Source: Octopus vulgaris (lineage: Eukaryota). From it: DNA of 64,000 bases. Numbering within the stretch: position 1 is the first letter of the stretch; every line of letters begins with the position of its first letter. Below, one piece after another: positions 25,599 through 38,860 of this stretch. The position numbers and the translations under genes are program-made. The DNA lies in assembly GCA_951406725.2 (NCBI GenBank), contig OX597824.1, positions 3,100,001-3,164,000 on the forward strand, written 5' to 3'. A model generated the notes under the pieces. That model was given only the letters and a program-made list of their open reading frames with translations, was not told where the DNA came from and did no database searches.

Positions 25599-26546
25599 GC
25601 CGTCGTCGTCGTCGTCGTCGTTGTCGTTGTTGTTTTTATTGTTATTCATCTACTTCATTCTATTCTATACACAGTTTCTATTAATAGAGAACAAAATTTT
25701 GTCGCAAAAATCTGAATGTTTACTAATTTGAATTATGATTTATAACAGATTTCAATTGACTCCAATACACTTTTTTGTCATTATACGAGAATGAATCGTT
25801 GATAATGATATTTCCAATAAAATGTTCTGTATACGTATAATAATATTTTTCCTCGGATATTTTCAATAGAATGGGGGTCAGGGAATATAAAGGATATTGT
25901 TTTTATTGAACCAACGAAGATAATCTGAAAGTCGATAAACTTAATAATTTTGCTTTCCTTTGTCTAAAAGCATCGTTGAATTTTTAGTTGTCTATAATTA
26001 GTTGAATTCAACGATGATGCATTGTCGTTGTGATAATAAATAGCAGCCAAATTTCTCTATGAATTTTCTTTTCAAGGACAGAAAATACTTATGATCTTAA
26101 GAACTATTAACTCTCTATAAATGGCATTTTGAGATCTACAGTGAGATAATGTTCTCACATCTGGGACGAGACTGCTGTTGCCACGCAACAGCAACTTTCA
26201 AGATGTGTAGGCACTATTCCATTGTGGCTTTCAAAATGTCTGTGTGTGTGTGTGTGTGTTTGTGTGTGTGTGCAGTTGTGATATGTGTGTGAGTGTACGT
26301 ATTCATAATTTAGTTGATATTGCATCGTAATGCTATATTGGATTTTGACGATATGCAAAACTAATTCAGCGCTGAAATACCGTGAATATATTTATATCTA
26401 TACAAAAACTCGGTGTATACATACATACATACATACATACATACACACACACACATACATACATACATACATACATACATACATACATACATACATACAT
26501 ACATACTACATACATACATACATACATACATACATACATACATACA

Positions 26547-26577
<31 letters not shown>

Positions 26578-29262
26578 GAATATATGGCTGTCAAAGTTAG
26601 TACTCAATCGTTGCATCAGTCCTCACCTCTCACTGACGAAGCTTGAGGTAAAAGGAAAGGCAAAAAATATCATTTGCATTGACCAAGAAGAATCTTTGCG
26701 CATCCATACATTATAGATGTCAGACAATAAACACCGGAACTCGTGCAGGTGTCTACCACTGTTTTGTTTTCTTTGTAGTTGTAGCAGGGATGCACAGAAA
26801 TAGTCTTTTTATTACTATTTATTGATTTCGTGAGATAAAAGCGTTACCGGTCTTTTTTTTACCTTCTGCCAAGAATGCGACCATTAATCAATAGTGTATT
26901 ATATTAGTGAAATAGCTTATATGCAGGTAGTCTTTTAATGGTGATCAGCCTTTTGGTGGTGATTTGCTATTTCTTTTTTTTTTATTTTGTTTGATGTACA
27001 CTTAATTATGTTAAAGCGTAGCTTGGAGACGTCAAGAAAGTCTTAGTAAAAAGAGTAGTGTTAGGAAAATAAAGTGGGGAGGCGGTGTCTGAAAACCACT
27101 AAATTACACCTTTGAATGCGGCTGGGTGCAGAGGAAAGGCCGTAGTCCAATGACTGATATTGCTTAAAGTATAAACGAATAATTTTTCATTTTAGGCTAA
27201 GCACTGAGTTCATTTCTGTATTTCTGTATTTTATTCTCCATTTTAAGGCCTCTTCTCGCTGTTTGATAATCGTTATTGCTTCTTTTCATGCTTTAAGAAG
27301 AACAATGAATAAATGTCTTTGAAGTTGCTATCATTATCTGGATAACTATTATAGAGTTACACTCGAAAACCAAGCAGTAAAATTCTTTAAGATGAAATTT
27401 CTTCTTAATAAATACTTAATACGTTTTAAATTGAAACAAAACATTCTGTTTTTGAAACGTTTTTGAATTTACATTTCTTTTCAAAAATAAATGAATCACT
27501 TAATATATTGAATTGCGAACAAAGGTAAACAAGAAGAATACAAAGAGAAAAACTTGCTTTCAAATGCGCTTCACTTAATTTTTAGAATTTCTGATTACTG
27601 AAGTGAAAATATTTCGAGAATTTAGATGTTTTAAGGAAGTTTTAATATATAGAAGCAGCAGCATCTGGAATAATCCGTCGTTTTCACGTCTTACAACAGT
27701 GGAACATAAGGAATGAGGTGAGAAAGTCGCTCTTTTCAGAGGAGGGGAAGAAAGTGACCTGAATATACTTCCCCTAACTGCAGACGTTTGTCTTGGTGAC
27801 ACCATGGTATTTAGGCGTCTTCTGCCTTCCCTCATTTTCAGTTTAATTTGCTACATCTTGTTACCTCCGCCTTGGCCAAGGAGGAGGCATTGTTTTCAGT
27901 TGTTTTTACGTTAATTTCGTTTTGTTTTTTACCATTAACACCATTCACCATCAGGACCACTACAACTGATGATGAAAACTTGTTTCAAAAATATTTAAAT
28001 TTTCATCACGGAAACAGTGAAATCATTTTTATGAAATGATATGGAAATTACCATCAAAATAATAGTGAAATATTTCCGCTAAAATGTTATTTAAATTAAC
28101 AATTTCGTAACTGAGGAAACATAATCTTAAACGGAAAGATTAAATATTAAAAAGTAAAGCGGTAAAAAAGATTCTGTTAACAAGGCGATTCCTACAACGG
28201 CTACATTTAAACATTTAAACCTGAATTTTCGTAAATGTGTGAAATCATCATTTCCATTTATAATTATGACACCTGTTCATTGCAAAAGTGCCGTGAGCGA
28301 TAGCCCTTGTGCCCTACTCAGACCAAGTAGCCATGGATTAATGAAAATTGAGAGATTATTTATCTTACATCACAGCTGGTGAGCAATAGCATCATTGGTT
28401 ACATATTCCTAATGTACCACTCTCTGGTTAAATGTGTTTTTAAAGAGGGGAATTGAAAAAGGAGTGTCTTTAACACAGTGCAGAACAATCATCGCAAATG
28501 ATTTCGTTTGAAAAACCTCGGTTTTATTGGTGATGTTTATATGCTTTTGCGAAAGATGTCTACTTACATATACAAATACAAATAAAACACACACACAATT
28601 ACATATTTCAGTACTTCTTTGGCAGTGTTAATGTTATTTCCAGCTTTGCTGTCGTAAATTCCTACAAGAATCATGTTTGAGACAGATATCACAATGATTT
28701 TGACTAAATGATCTCTTCAATAAATATGATCAAAAGAATAACCAGTCATTTAACAAGGCTGCAAGTTGAGGCATTAATGTTAGAGAAGATATTCCATCCT
28801 ATGTTCAAAGAATCACCCCCGACGTTGAATATGCGACGACTGTTCACGTTAAGGGTTTGCTTTGTTGGTTTGTATGTGAGGGCCGTCTGAGCAGCAGCTC
28901 TATACGCTTTCGGGATAAATAAGGCATTGGAACGTGTAGGATTTATTTATTCATAGCTACCTACATCGTACATAGATCGGAATTAGGCCCTTAGACTTGT
29001 GGGGCTCCCGGGCATCTGCCCAGTGTGACCATGCCTTGAGATGGCACTCGCCTGCATTTGTAAATGTATGTGTATATATATATGTTATATGTATGTATCA
29101 ACATATGTATATGTATGCATGTGCACGTATGTTTGTTTGCGTATATGTATGTATGTATGTCGCCATGATAGTCGTTAGCCACAACACACATTTTTTTCTC
29201 TCCTTGTTTCTCTCCTTATTTTTTTCGTAAACTCTCCCTATATATATATATATATGTGTGTG

Positions 29263-29380
<118 letters not shown>

Positions 29381-29404
29381 ATGTATATATATACACACAC
29401 ACAG

Positions 29405-29437
<33 letters not shown>

Positions 29438-29659
29438 CATGTATATATATATATATATATGCATGATCAAAGGCATTCCAACCGTGACTATCACATTTTT
29501 TTATTACATGTAGAGAACAAAGAACAAATTTATCTACGTTTCCTTTTGTAAGACTTCACAGTGTGATTTATCAGATATTTGGCTGTTATTTCTAGCAGGT
29601 GGAAATATTATGTAGAGGCTTCCTCATCGACTCCCTGACGTGTGCTGCTATTTTGAGCG

Positions 29660-30230
29660 GCAATCTATAGATCAATAACTACGGTCAACTCTAGTTACAA
29701 CTGTTATATCACTTCTACGTATTCAGACCAACATCTTCTGTCTAATCTGTTTGAACAACCCCATCACTACAATAAACGCTAGTTAAATAAATCTTTAATA
29801 CACCTAGCTCTACTTTCGCTGACTTATCACCAGTGTGCTGTGCTTAAGTTGATATATAGTTACAATCAGTTGTGTTTCAAAGACCTACAACTGCAGCTGG
29901 CTCTACTTGACCTATGGCTACAACCAAATCTACTTCAACAATATGCTTTCATCAACACCTACACGAGTTAACTGATAGTTATAATCTTGCAGACTTAACA
30001 GTTATGGTCTGCATTATATAAGAAAACCGCACATCTACCGACAACACTATGCGAGCCGATCCATAGCTACAGTAAGCTGTACATGAATAGTCTATAGCTA
30101 AAATCGACTCTACCTGTGTACAGTAGACCTTAGTAGTAGAGTATTACTACTCTCACGTTTAATTGAGCCGATCTGTAACTAGTGTCAGCTCTACTTAGGC
30201 ATTCTGGCTACTATCAGCTCTCCTTGAGAA
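29660..30230 (+). repeat. Highly diverged ~31-bp minisatellite
   Basis: Recurring units such as gatccatagctacagtaagctgtacatgaat, gacctatggctacaaccaaatctacttcaac, gatctgtaactagtgtcagctctacttaggc and gatatatagttacaatcagttgtgtttcaaa. Confidence 0.6.
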
Positions 30231-32653
30231 CCTTGAATTAAAAAGCAAGATTGAGTTCATGCCTTTTTTTTCTATAGACATTAGTTTAGATGTACAAGAT
30301 GCTTCTCTAACAAGGTATAGTCATGTAGTTAAACATCTTCTTCCTTTCATAACTACATGATTCTGAGTTCAGTCTCACTGTGCAGTGCCTTGAGCAGGTG
30401 TTTCACTAGGGTAGCCTTGGGTTCACCAATAACTTGTTCGTAGAAGCTGGAAACTACAAAAAAACCCATCATACAGTATAACTTTTACTCCACTACATGA
30501 TTCTTTGATATTACAAAACATGAATAATAAATAAACTATATCAAAAATATTTCTCTGTTATCTAAATGCTGTCGTCAATCGGCAATCCAACATGAAAATC
30601 CAAAATATCGATTGCTTTGTCACATAAAATTCTTAACTGCCAGTTCAAAAGGAAAATAGACGCACATGCTTCATGCAGTTTTCCATATTTATTCATCGTT
30701 ATTTACGTAGAGTTTTCACTATTTCTCTAAGATCTCATTAATATTCATAGTAGTATTTGTGTATTTAGACCTCAATCTTCTCTCTCTCTCTCACTCTCTC
30801 TTTCTCTCTCTCTCTCTCACTCTCTCTCTCTCTCTCTTTTTCTCTCTCCCTCTCTTTCTCTCTCTCCTACATAATTCCGAAATATGCAATCAATATGACA
30901 GACTCTGCTTGCGAGTCGCTTTTTGATATTCTATATTTTAATTGTTATTTTTAATAGATTTTAATTAAAATACTTCCAAGACTACACAAAGAATATAGTT
31001 GAGGACATTGGAGAACTAAATCCTTTCAAAATTCTTTAAAATCTGTTGCAAAATATGTGAATATTTTGAACTAAATCGTAGAACCACAATTATAAAACAA
31101 ATACTTGAAATATCATTTAATAAAAAATCTGAACAAAACTATATAAAAAACATGGCCTAAGGAAGCAATCCGAATGACGTCCAATAGTTGAGTGAGTGTT
31201 GACACACTTCGTGCCAAGTCATACCACAGCGATGTTCTAACACTAGATCTGACAAGTGTGGGAAATTGTATGCTTTACTGAGAAGAACTAAGGAGACTGA
31301 AACATGCACGAGTGAGTTCATGCGATCACTGAAATATGAGTTTCTGTGAAAGGCAAAATTCCACAGTTTTTACTGAGAAACAACGAATTCAGGTAAGATC
31401 AAGTCCATCGCTTGATTAAAACTTATTTTATCAACTGAGATTGCCGTAAAGCGAGGTCGATACTGGCGGGAAATTAAGAATGGAATATAAAAGAATGCAA
31501 CTAAATAGCACATATCATTTAGCTCGTTGCTCCACCAATTCTGCCCTCATTAATTTTAATGAATCAATTTCTGATATCGCAACCAATCAACAACGATGGT
31601 CATAACAAAAGGTTGCCCTATTTTTGTATTTTGACATTTGATATATCAGGGTTATTTTGATATTCTACGATATTTTGCTGTTTAACATCTTTGTTTTGTT
31701 TTTTGTTTTTTTTTCTTCTTTTCCTTCTTGATGCTAACAAAATGGTTGGATGGCTTTTGTTGCAACAATATGTTTGTATGTTTATTTTTATCTCAATCTT
31801 TTTTATTGTCTTCATGCTATTATTACTGTGAGCGGTTCAAATGTGAAGTAGGAGTAGAACCTGTTTTGTTTTATTGTTTTTTGTTTTTATATATTACTTT
31901 CATGAATGAATGAAAGCTGAAGAAAGAAAGATATGTGCTCTGATCAGCTGTACCGAATCATTGAATTAGATTGGAGTTCAATAATTAGCGAATAATTGAT
32001 TTACACGAGTCGACGAATGAGCAGTCTTGAGTCACTAGACGTGCTAGAAATAGCACTCAGTTACCCTCAATTCACATGTCGTTAAAGAGGAGGTGGTCAT
32101 CGTCGTCGACGTAGTGGTGGAGGATCTCCTTCGATCAAAGGTGAGGTCTCAACTGTTTAACTGAATTATCCGCTCCTGGCTGAGTATTCCTCAGATACGT
32201 GTACACGTAATTGTCAGGCAGAATCAGCATGACACAGTAATAAGGGTGTATCTTTCCAATTACAAGTAGAATCAGTTCCACGGGCTTCTATACAGTCTCC
32301 GTCTACTTAATTTCACTCACAAGGTATGGGTCGACCTGATCCATACCTTGATAGTCGGGTCTAACTCGGAATGTGATACCTGCGAATCAAATTCCTGAAC
32401 CGTTCGACTATACAGAGACCACCATAGCAGCGGAGAAAGGAGACAACATGTCTGTCGACCAGTGACTGTATTGTATTTGGTAAATAATTCGATGTCGATC
32501 AAATAAGGTATCCTTTTTGCAAGGATGTGTTCTAGATGACTGAGTGTCATAAATAGACATTTACCTGTCATATGACAGAATTTTTTTTTTGAAGAAGAAG
32601 AAGAAGAAACTGTAAATACTCCCTTGAAATAAAGCTTGATGAACAGAATACTC

Positions 32654-32750
32654 GAATTTATTATATTATCACTTATTATAATTTCTGAATTTATTAGATT
32701 ATCACTTAATATAATTTCTGAACTTATTATGTTATCTCTTAATATAGATT
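32654..32750 (+). repeat. 33-bp AT-rich tandem repeat, 3 copies
   Basis: Units of the type gaatttattatattatcacttattataatttct at 32654, 32687 and 32720. Confidence 0.8.
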
Positions 32751-32849
32751 TGTGACTTAAGATATTCATTTTAGGCTATATACTTTAACGGAGATCATAA
32801 TTTGTTAAAACAATCCCAGTATTTCACTGGTATCGGCAATAGAACTGAG

Positions 32850-33480
32850 AGAAATATTTCAAGGCAGGGTTCTCATGTTAAATATATATATTGTAGGGTC
32901 TGATATATTGGACTGGAAAACATCCTTTCTATGCGTAATTAGAAGACAAAATCTTCTTCCCAGTTTGTTTTTATTGTACTTGCTGAGTTTAGCAGAGAAG
33001 CTATTGTCAAAGGCTTTTGCAGGTCCTGCAAAAGCGGTGGGGTTGATGGCATAAATATTCCTCATGAATCTTTGTACGTCAATAGCTGCAAGAAAGATTT
33101 GAGCAGGGAGGCGAGTTTCAAAATGAAGGACTGAGCATAGTAAATAGTTCCGGGCCTGAAGACGAACATGAAAAGGGGATGAGAGAAAAAGAGGTTTGAG
33201 GGACGGGAATGTCTGAATTAAGATGGTGTGAGCCCAGTCAACTCCGATGATCAGCGGTTGCTATAGAATTGGTAGAAAAGACAAAGGGCAAACGACACGC
33301 TTGAAGGACAGAAACTGGAACGTGACTTTATACCAATCAATCGAATTTCTCCATCTTGGAAGCAGTCTAGGCTGTCTGGGAGTGCAGTGGTAGCAACCGT
33401 AGCGTTGTTCCACATGTGATAGCAATATTCCGTTGTTGGATTCAACCGAATTTTGTTGAGCTGAAATTTCTTGTGGCCCT
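32850..33480 (-). mobile_element. CR1/L2-group LINE 3' relic
   Basis: PTTEYCYHMWNNA..LDCFQDGEIRLIG..FALCLFYQFYSNR and AIDVQRFMRNIYAI resemble the post-RT C-terminus of CR1/L2-group ORF2. Confidence 0.65.
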
Positions 33481-35501
33481 GAATAGAAGACCCCCATCTT
33501 CGGGATGTGATTTTAGTTATGTTGAAAACTTAAAAAGATTTTTTTTTTTTGATCGTCTGATGATATTAGAGCTATCCCTCTTGAATATTGTTAAATCATG
33601 AACATTCTTGGAGGGATAGATTTTGTACGAATTGCAAGGGCGCTTTTAGTTAAGCAATGTTTTTCAATTTAGTATTTTTTTTATTATTGAGATCGATAAA
33701 CACAGTTTTGACTCATTTTATTGTTATACTTGACAAAATACAGCAGTATAAAGTGGCACAATAAAATGTCATAGAACATTTGGCCACCAAAATAACGAAT
33801 GGCCTACTTCTGTTAGGCTGTCCATAAATTTCAGCACCTGTACTTTCCTTATCTATTTGTCTTTTTTTCCGTTTTCCTTTAAGACAAACAGTTACCCCCT
33901 GGATGCGTGTTTCCCCTTTCCGTGTCTCCGATGATGTCTAAGGATAGAGCAAAGCCGATGGTGCTTGGCACTTGGTTGTTGCAGGTGTTACCATCGGAAC
34001 TCAAATAGTCAGAACAAGTACCACAAGTCATCCCCATCAGATTCTCTTACACTTTCGACAATCCACTTCCCATGATTCCCACTTTTATTTTGTCCTCCAG
34101 AAAAGATGTAAGACGCATCAGACTTTCGCCTCCCAGTTCTTTTGGTTAATATGATACAACATACGATATTTAATTTTAATTTGCCAAGCCTCAAAGAATT
34201 TTAAATTAAGTAAATTTGACTTACTTGTTAAGGTAGATTGACAAGAAAAAATTGATAAATATAATAAAAAATAAAGAAAAAAGAAATGACGAATGTGAAA
34301 ACTATATCGATTGATAGATTCTTTGTCTTGTAGGATCGTGATATACTCTAGATGACATGCATAAAGGTTGTATGGGAGAAACAAACGCGAGAAAAGAAAA
34401 TGATATGCAAGAAAATACATTTGGTTAAGTGTGTACGAGCTGTATGGAAAATAAATCGTTATATCTTTAGATTAATTATGTTTATGTCTATGTACCATGA
34501 TTTATGATAGAATTAACGGACCGAATGTTCGGGAAAAAAGTTCAAAACGCGTTGAATGATTTAAATAAGTTATAAGTAGTTAAGGCGGCGACGTAAATGG
34601 TTCGAAGGCTGGTTCAAAATGCTTAGAGGCATTTTATCTGTTTTCACATTCTGAGTTCCAATTCTGTCGAGATTGACCTTGTCTTTCATTTTTTCGGGGT
34701 CTATAAAATAAGTACCAGTTGAGTATTGGGGTCGAACCAATAAATGTACCACCTTCCTCGTGCCAAAATTTAAAGTCAATAAATGACGTGGTTAATTTAA
34801 TTTATTTTTGAATTTTTATTGAAATCTATTTAAATATATATAAGCTAAGAATTTCTGTTATCCTTAGTGTATAACAATCTAATGATCCTGTCAACCTTAA
34901 CCAGCTCGACATTACGGTGTTATCAGGAGGGAAATTATAACTATATCCGTCAAGATCCTTTGATAATTCATGTCACATTTTATCATATGTTCAACTTTTA
35001 ACAACTCACTTCACTAATGAAAAGAAGAAAAAATAGTTATGAAAAGGAACGTGAGAAGCATTAGAATATAGGGCAAAATAACTGACAGTATTTAGTAACG
35101 ATTCTTTATATTCTGTGTTTGTAGTCTTCTGAGACCAATATATCCATTATATGAGTCAGGTATTGCAGTCGTTTCCATTGATTGTATCTTCTCCCAAATA
35201 TGTGAAACCTCGTGCCCATGTTAGAAATCAAAGAGGAATGGTTTTTGAAGAATCTAAATAATCTCAGTGAGATTCACTTTACTTTTGGATTCTCTCTGAG
35301 TTCCATTACTTTCTAAGTGTTCAATAAATTGTAATTACCTTGTGCGTTAGAGGGTCAATAAATTGTAATTGATGAACAGATGACTACAAACGGGAACGAT
35401 GTGGTGTAATATGGTTTATTGGTCTAAGAACGAGAAGCTACAGAAAGCAACGAGAAAGAATGAATTAACGTTTGGTCAACTTGCAACAATCAGTTCAGAA
35501 A

Positions 35502-36068
35502 CGAGATCTGATCAAAAAGTATCGGGACTGTTGTTATGGTAACGGAGCTAAAGTAAGCAGAATAAAGCCGCTCGACACAGATTTGACCTTAAACTCTGTC
35601 GTACATGCACATAAGTTACAGAGTTCTCGTTCACTTCCGTTCTTTATAGCAGTGCTTAGAAGTAAAGTGTGTAGAATATGGTCGCCCTCCCCCCAAATGA
35701 TCGGATTTCAGCTTCGCATTTTCTTGAATGTATCGAGGAAGACGAAACCATTTTGGAAACGATCATAACAGGTGACGAATCGTGGTTCCATGGCTATAAC
35801 CCCGCGAAACCAAGGCTCGTTCTTTGTAGTAGAAGACCCAACAAGATTTTCAAGACGTCAGAAAATCCAAGGACATGCGATGAGGCAGCTGCTCGCTATC
35901 TCCAAAAAAGGAGTTCCAAGAATATTTCCCTCAATGGAAAACAACACTGGATAAAATGTGTAACTTCAGAAAAGGGATTTCTTCAAAGGACACCATGTGC
36001 TGCCTGGCTACGTGTTGTAGTTTTCGTTTTATAGCACCAGTCCCGATACTTTTTTTAATCAGATCTCG
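35502..36068 (+). mobile_element. Internally deleted mariner (DD34D) element with TIRs
   Basis: TIRs of about 30 bp: CGAGATCTGATCAAAAAGTATCGGGACTG and CAGTCCCGATACTTTTTTTAATCAGATCTCG. Internal ILETIITGDESWFHGYNP (first catalytic D) and C-terminal RQLLAISKK..WIKCVTSE. The TA target duplication is degenerate. Confidence 0.9.
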
Positions 36069-37454
36069 TGTCACAATGATTGTTTCTGGAAGACGATCTC
36101 TGGCACGCCATTTCTCCTTTGATTTATGACATGAATACAAATTCTTCAAAAGCTTCCCAAAGAAAACTAAGAAAAAACAAAAAAAACAGCAAAGTATATA
36201 TATATACAAAGCAGACTGTTGTTGGATAGAGAACAAAATTGATTTTTTTCCCCACTATTTGTCTGTTATCTTCACGCAAGAAAATCTACGTTTTTTTTTT
36301 CTTTTCTTCGGAAGCGTAAACTTAAGCCAACTGTTTTAGAAAAAGCTAGAAAGTTCTTTATAATTCTAACAGTATTCAACTGAACCTCTACCGAAACAGC
36401 AACAACAAAAAGAAAACCAATAATTATATAAATCGTTCATGGCGCTCATTATATCTTTTTACACAAATACTTTCTTCATTATATCCTACATATTACTATT
36501 AGTGACTTGAAAATCTTGTTCGCCCCTCCTTTATCTAAGATTATTTTTAAATACTTGAAAGGGACCAATCCCTATCGCATATCGTAATTCTACTACGTGG
36601 TGGTAACGACTATGTTTACGTTGTACGCAGATGATATCCATTACTCAAGAAAAGCCCAGGGCATTGTTCTTTTATGTCACTGATTTTTGAGAAGGTTTTT
36701 TTTTTCATTTACTTATATATTGTATTTCCGTTCGGTTTTAATGAGCTTTCGAATATGATCAGCAGAATTTAATCATTTCAAATGAATATGGTTTCTTAAG
36801 ATATAATTAAGAATGGGATGGAAGCCTGGAGCTTTCCTTCATCTTAATAGCATTCTTATATACATTTTATCATTATCAATAACAAAGACTTATCATAGAT
36901 CCTGCAGGAAAGAAATGAATATTTTAAACATAGGCATAATTCAGTGGTGGAATCTTCCCGATTTCTTCGGGGCAGGTGACAAGGTTATATTGAATCAGAA
37001 TTACAGTGATGCTAAAAGTCTAGCACCGCCTTAATATTAACGGTTTCTGAACAAGTTATACATTATCCATAAATACTTGTATTTTGTCACGCTGAAACTT
37101 ATCTTCGTATTTATACTTTATTAAAGAAATATCTTACACCGCCCCCGCCCAGCACGTTTACACCACACCAGTGAGTTCTGCGTTCAATCCTTCTCCCCCG
37201 TAATGTTCTCCCCACTCCCGAAACCCCCAACATCCAGGTGTTACGTGAGGCTATTGACTTTCAGTTGCTCGGTCCAATAGAAATACTAATTACGCTAATT
37301 TCTCTGGATTTGAAGTTCCTGCGAATGCCAAGAGTTTTCCAAACCAAACTAGACAAATATGTTAGGATCTTGGAGGTTTTTATATCTTGCTTGAGTGTAG
37401 AGAAACATGCATACAGTCACACAATTAGCTAGCTAGTTGTCTACCATTGTCCTT

Positions 37455-38191
37455 ATTTCAAATTTTTGCCACAAAAGCAGCTTAGGGGAGGTGGGGTGAG
37501 TCGATTACATCGTCCCCAGTGTTTCACTGGTACTTAATTTATCGACCCCGATAGGATGAAAGCTAAATTCGACCTCGGCGGAATTTGAACTCAGAACTTG
37601 AAGACAGATGAAATACCGCTAAGCAGTTCGCCCGGCGTACAAACCATTCCGCCAGATCGCCGTCTTAATAATAATGTTAATAATAATAATGGAAGTGTTA
37701 TCATGTACATTGTTTTGTCTTGGTGTAAAAGATGGGCTACAGCAAATATTCTGCTCAATACAACAGATTTGCTTGTCAGTTGTTTGACCTTAACCAGTTG
37801 AGCATGTCCCTTAGTGGCTGACGATATGTGCATCTCTGATCACGAGCAGAAGTAGTGGGGGAGCATCATAGCCATGTGTTGAGAGGGATTCTTTGAGGTT
37901 TGGATAATTCACCTCTGGAAAAATGGGTGTTTCGTTCAACATCCTTAAACAATCATTATTCAAGGACCTTTTGAGCAGGATGGGCTACTCAACCTGAAGA
38001 AAATTCTAACTGGGCCCCACCTGCAAGGTCATGTGCTGTTTATCTTGATATGAGATCACCATGTCAATCACATAGGGTTGTGATGCATGTGCCTGGTGTA
38101 CCCTTATCAGACTGGTAGTCATAATGGGTATACTGGGCTTTGTATATTTTACCCCAGTGTCACTTTGATGGCATGAACTGCTCTCTCACTC

Positions 38192-38251
<60 letters not shown>

Positions 38252-38860
38252 CCTTTCTACTAAAGGCACAAGGCCTCAAATTTGGGGGAAGGGGACTAGT
38301 CGATTACATTGACCCCAGTGTTTCACTGGTACTTAATTTATTATCGAACCCCGAAGGATTAGAATAATAATTGTCGACCTCGGCGGAATTTTAACTCAGA
38401 ACGTAGCGAGAGGCGAAATACTGTTATGCATTTCGCCCGGCATGCTAAAGATCCTGCCAGCCATAAATAATAACAATAATTGTTTCAAATTTTGCCACAA
38501 AGGCAACCATTTTGGTGGACGGGATGAGTCCATTACATCGACCCCAGTGTCCAACTGGTACTTATTTCATCGACCTCGAAAGTATGAAAGGCAAATTTAA
38601 ATTCAAAATGTGAAGACAGACGAAATACCTATTTCTTTACTACCCACAAGAGGCTACACACAGAGAGGACAAACAAGGACAGACAAACGGATTAAGTCGA
38701 TTATATCGACCCCGGTGCGTAACTGGTAATTATTTAATCGACCCCGAAAGTATGAAAGGCAAAGTCGACCTCGGCGGAATTTGAACTCAGAACGTAGCGG
38801 CAGACGAAATACGGCTACGCATTTCGCCCGGAGTGCTAACGATTCTGCCAGCTCGCCGCC
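37455..38860 (-). mobile_element. Cluster of three same-family SINE copies (37455-37665, 38250-38462, 38480-38860 dimeric) around a ~500-bp (AAT)n-tailed retroposon (37690-38195, +)
   Basis: Reverse complements of the 45523 family separated by (AAT)n tracts; the intervening element ends ctctctcactc(aat)n. Confidence 0.8.

Noticed and set aside
29660-30230. CRISPR-like array
   Set aside because: Eukaryotic context, contiguous diverged units without unique spacers, and no cas genes.
36813-36910. Copine exon 1 candidate (MGWKPGAF...RSCR)
   Set aside because: It reaches TCC TGC AG but is followed by GA rather than a GT donor, and lacks the VEL/ISxSC beta-strand pattern.
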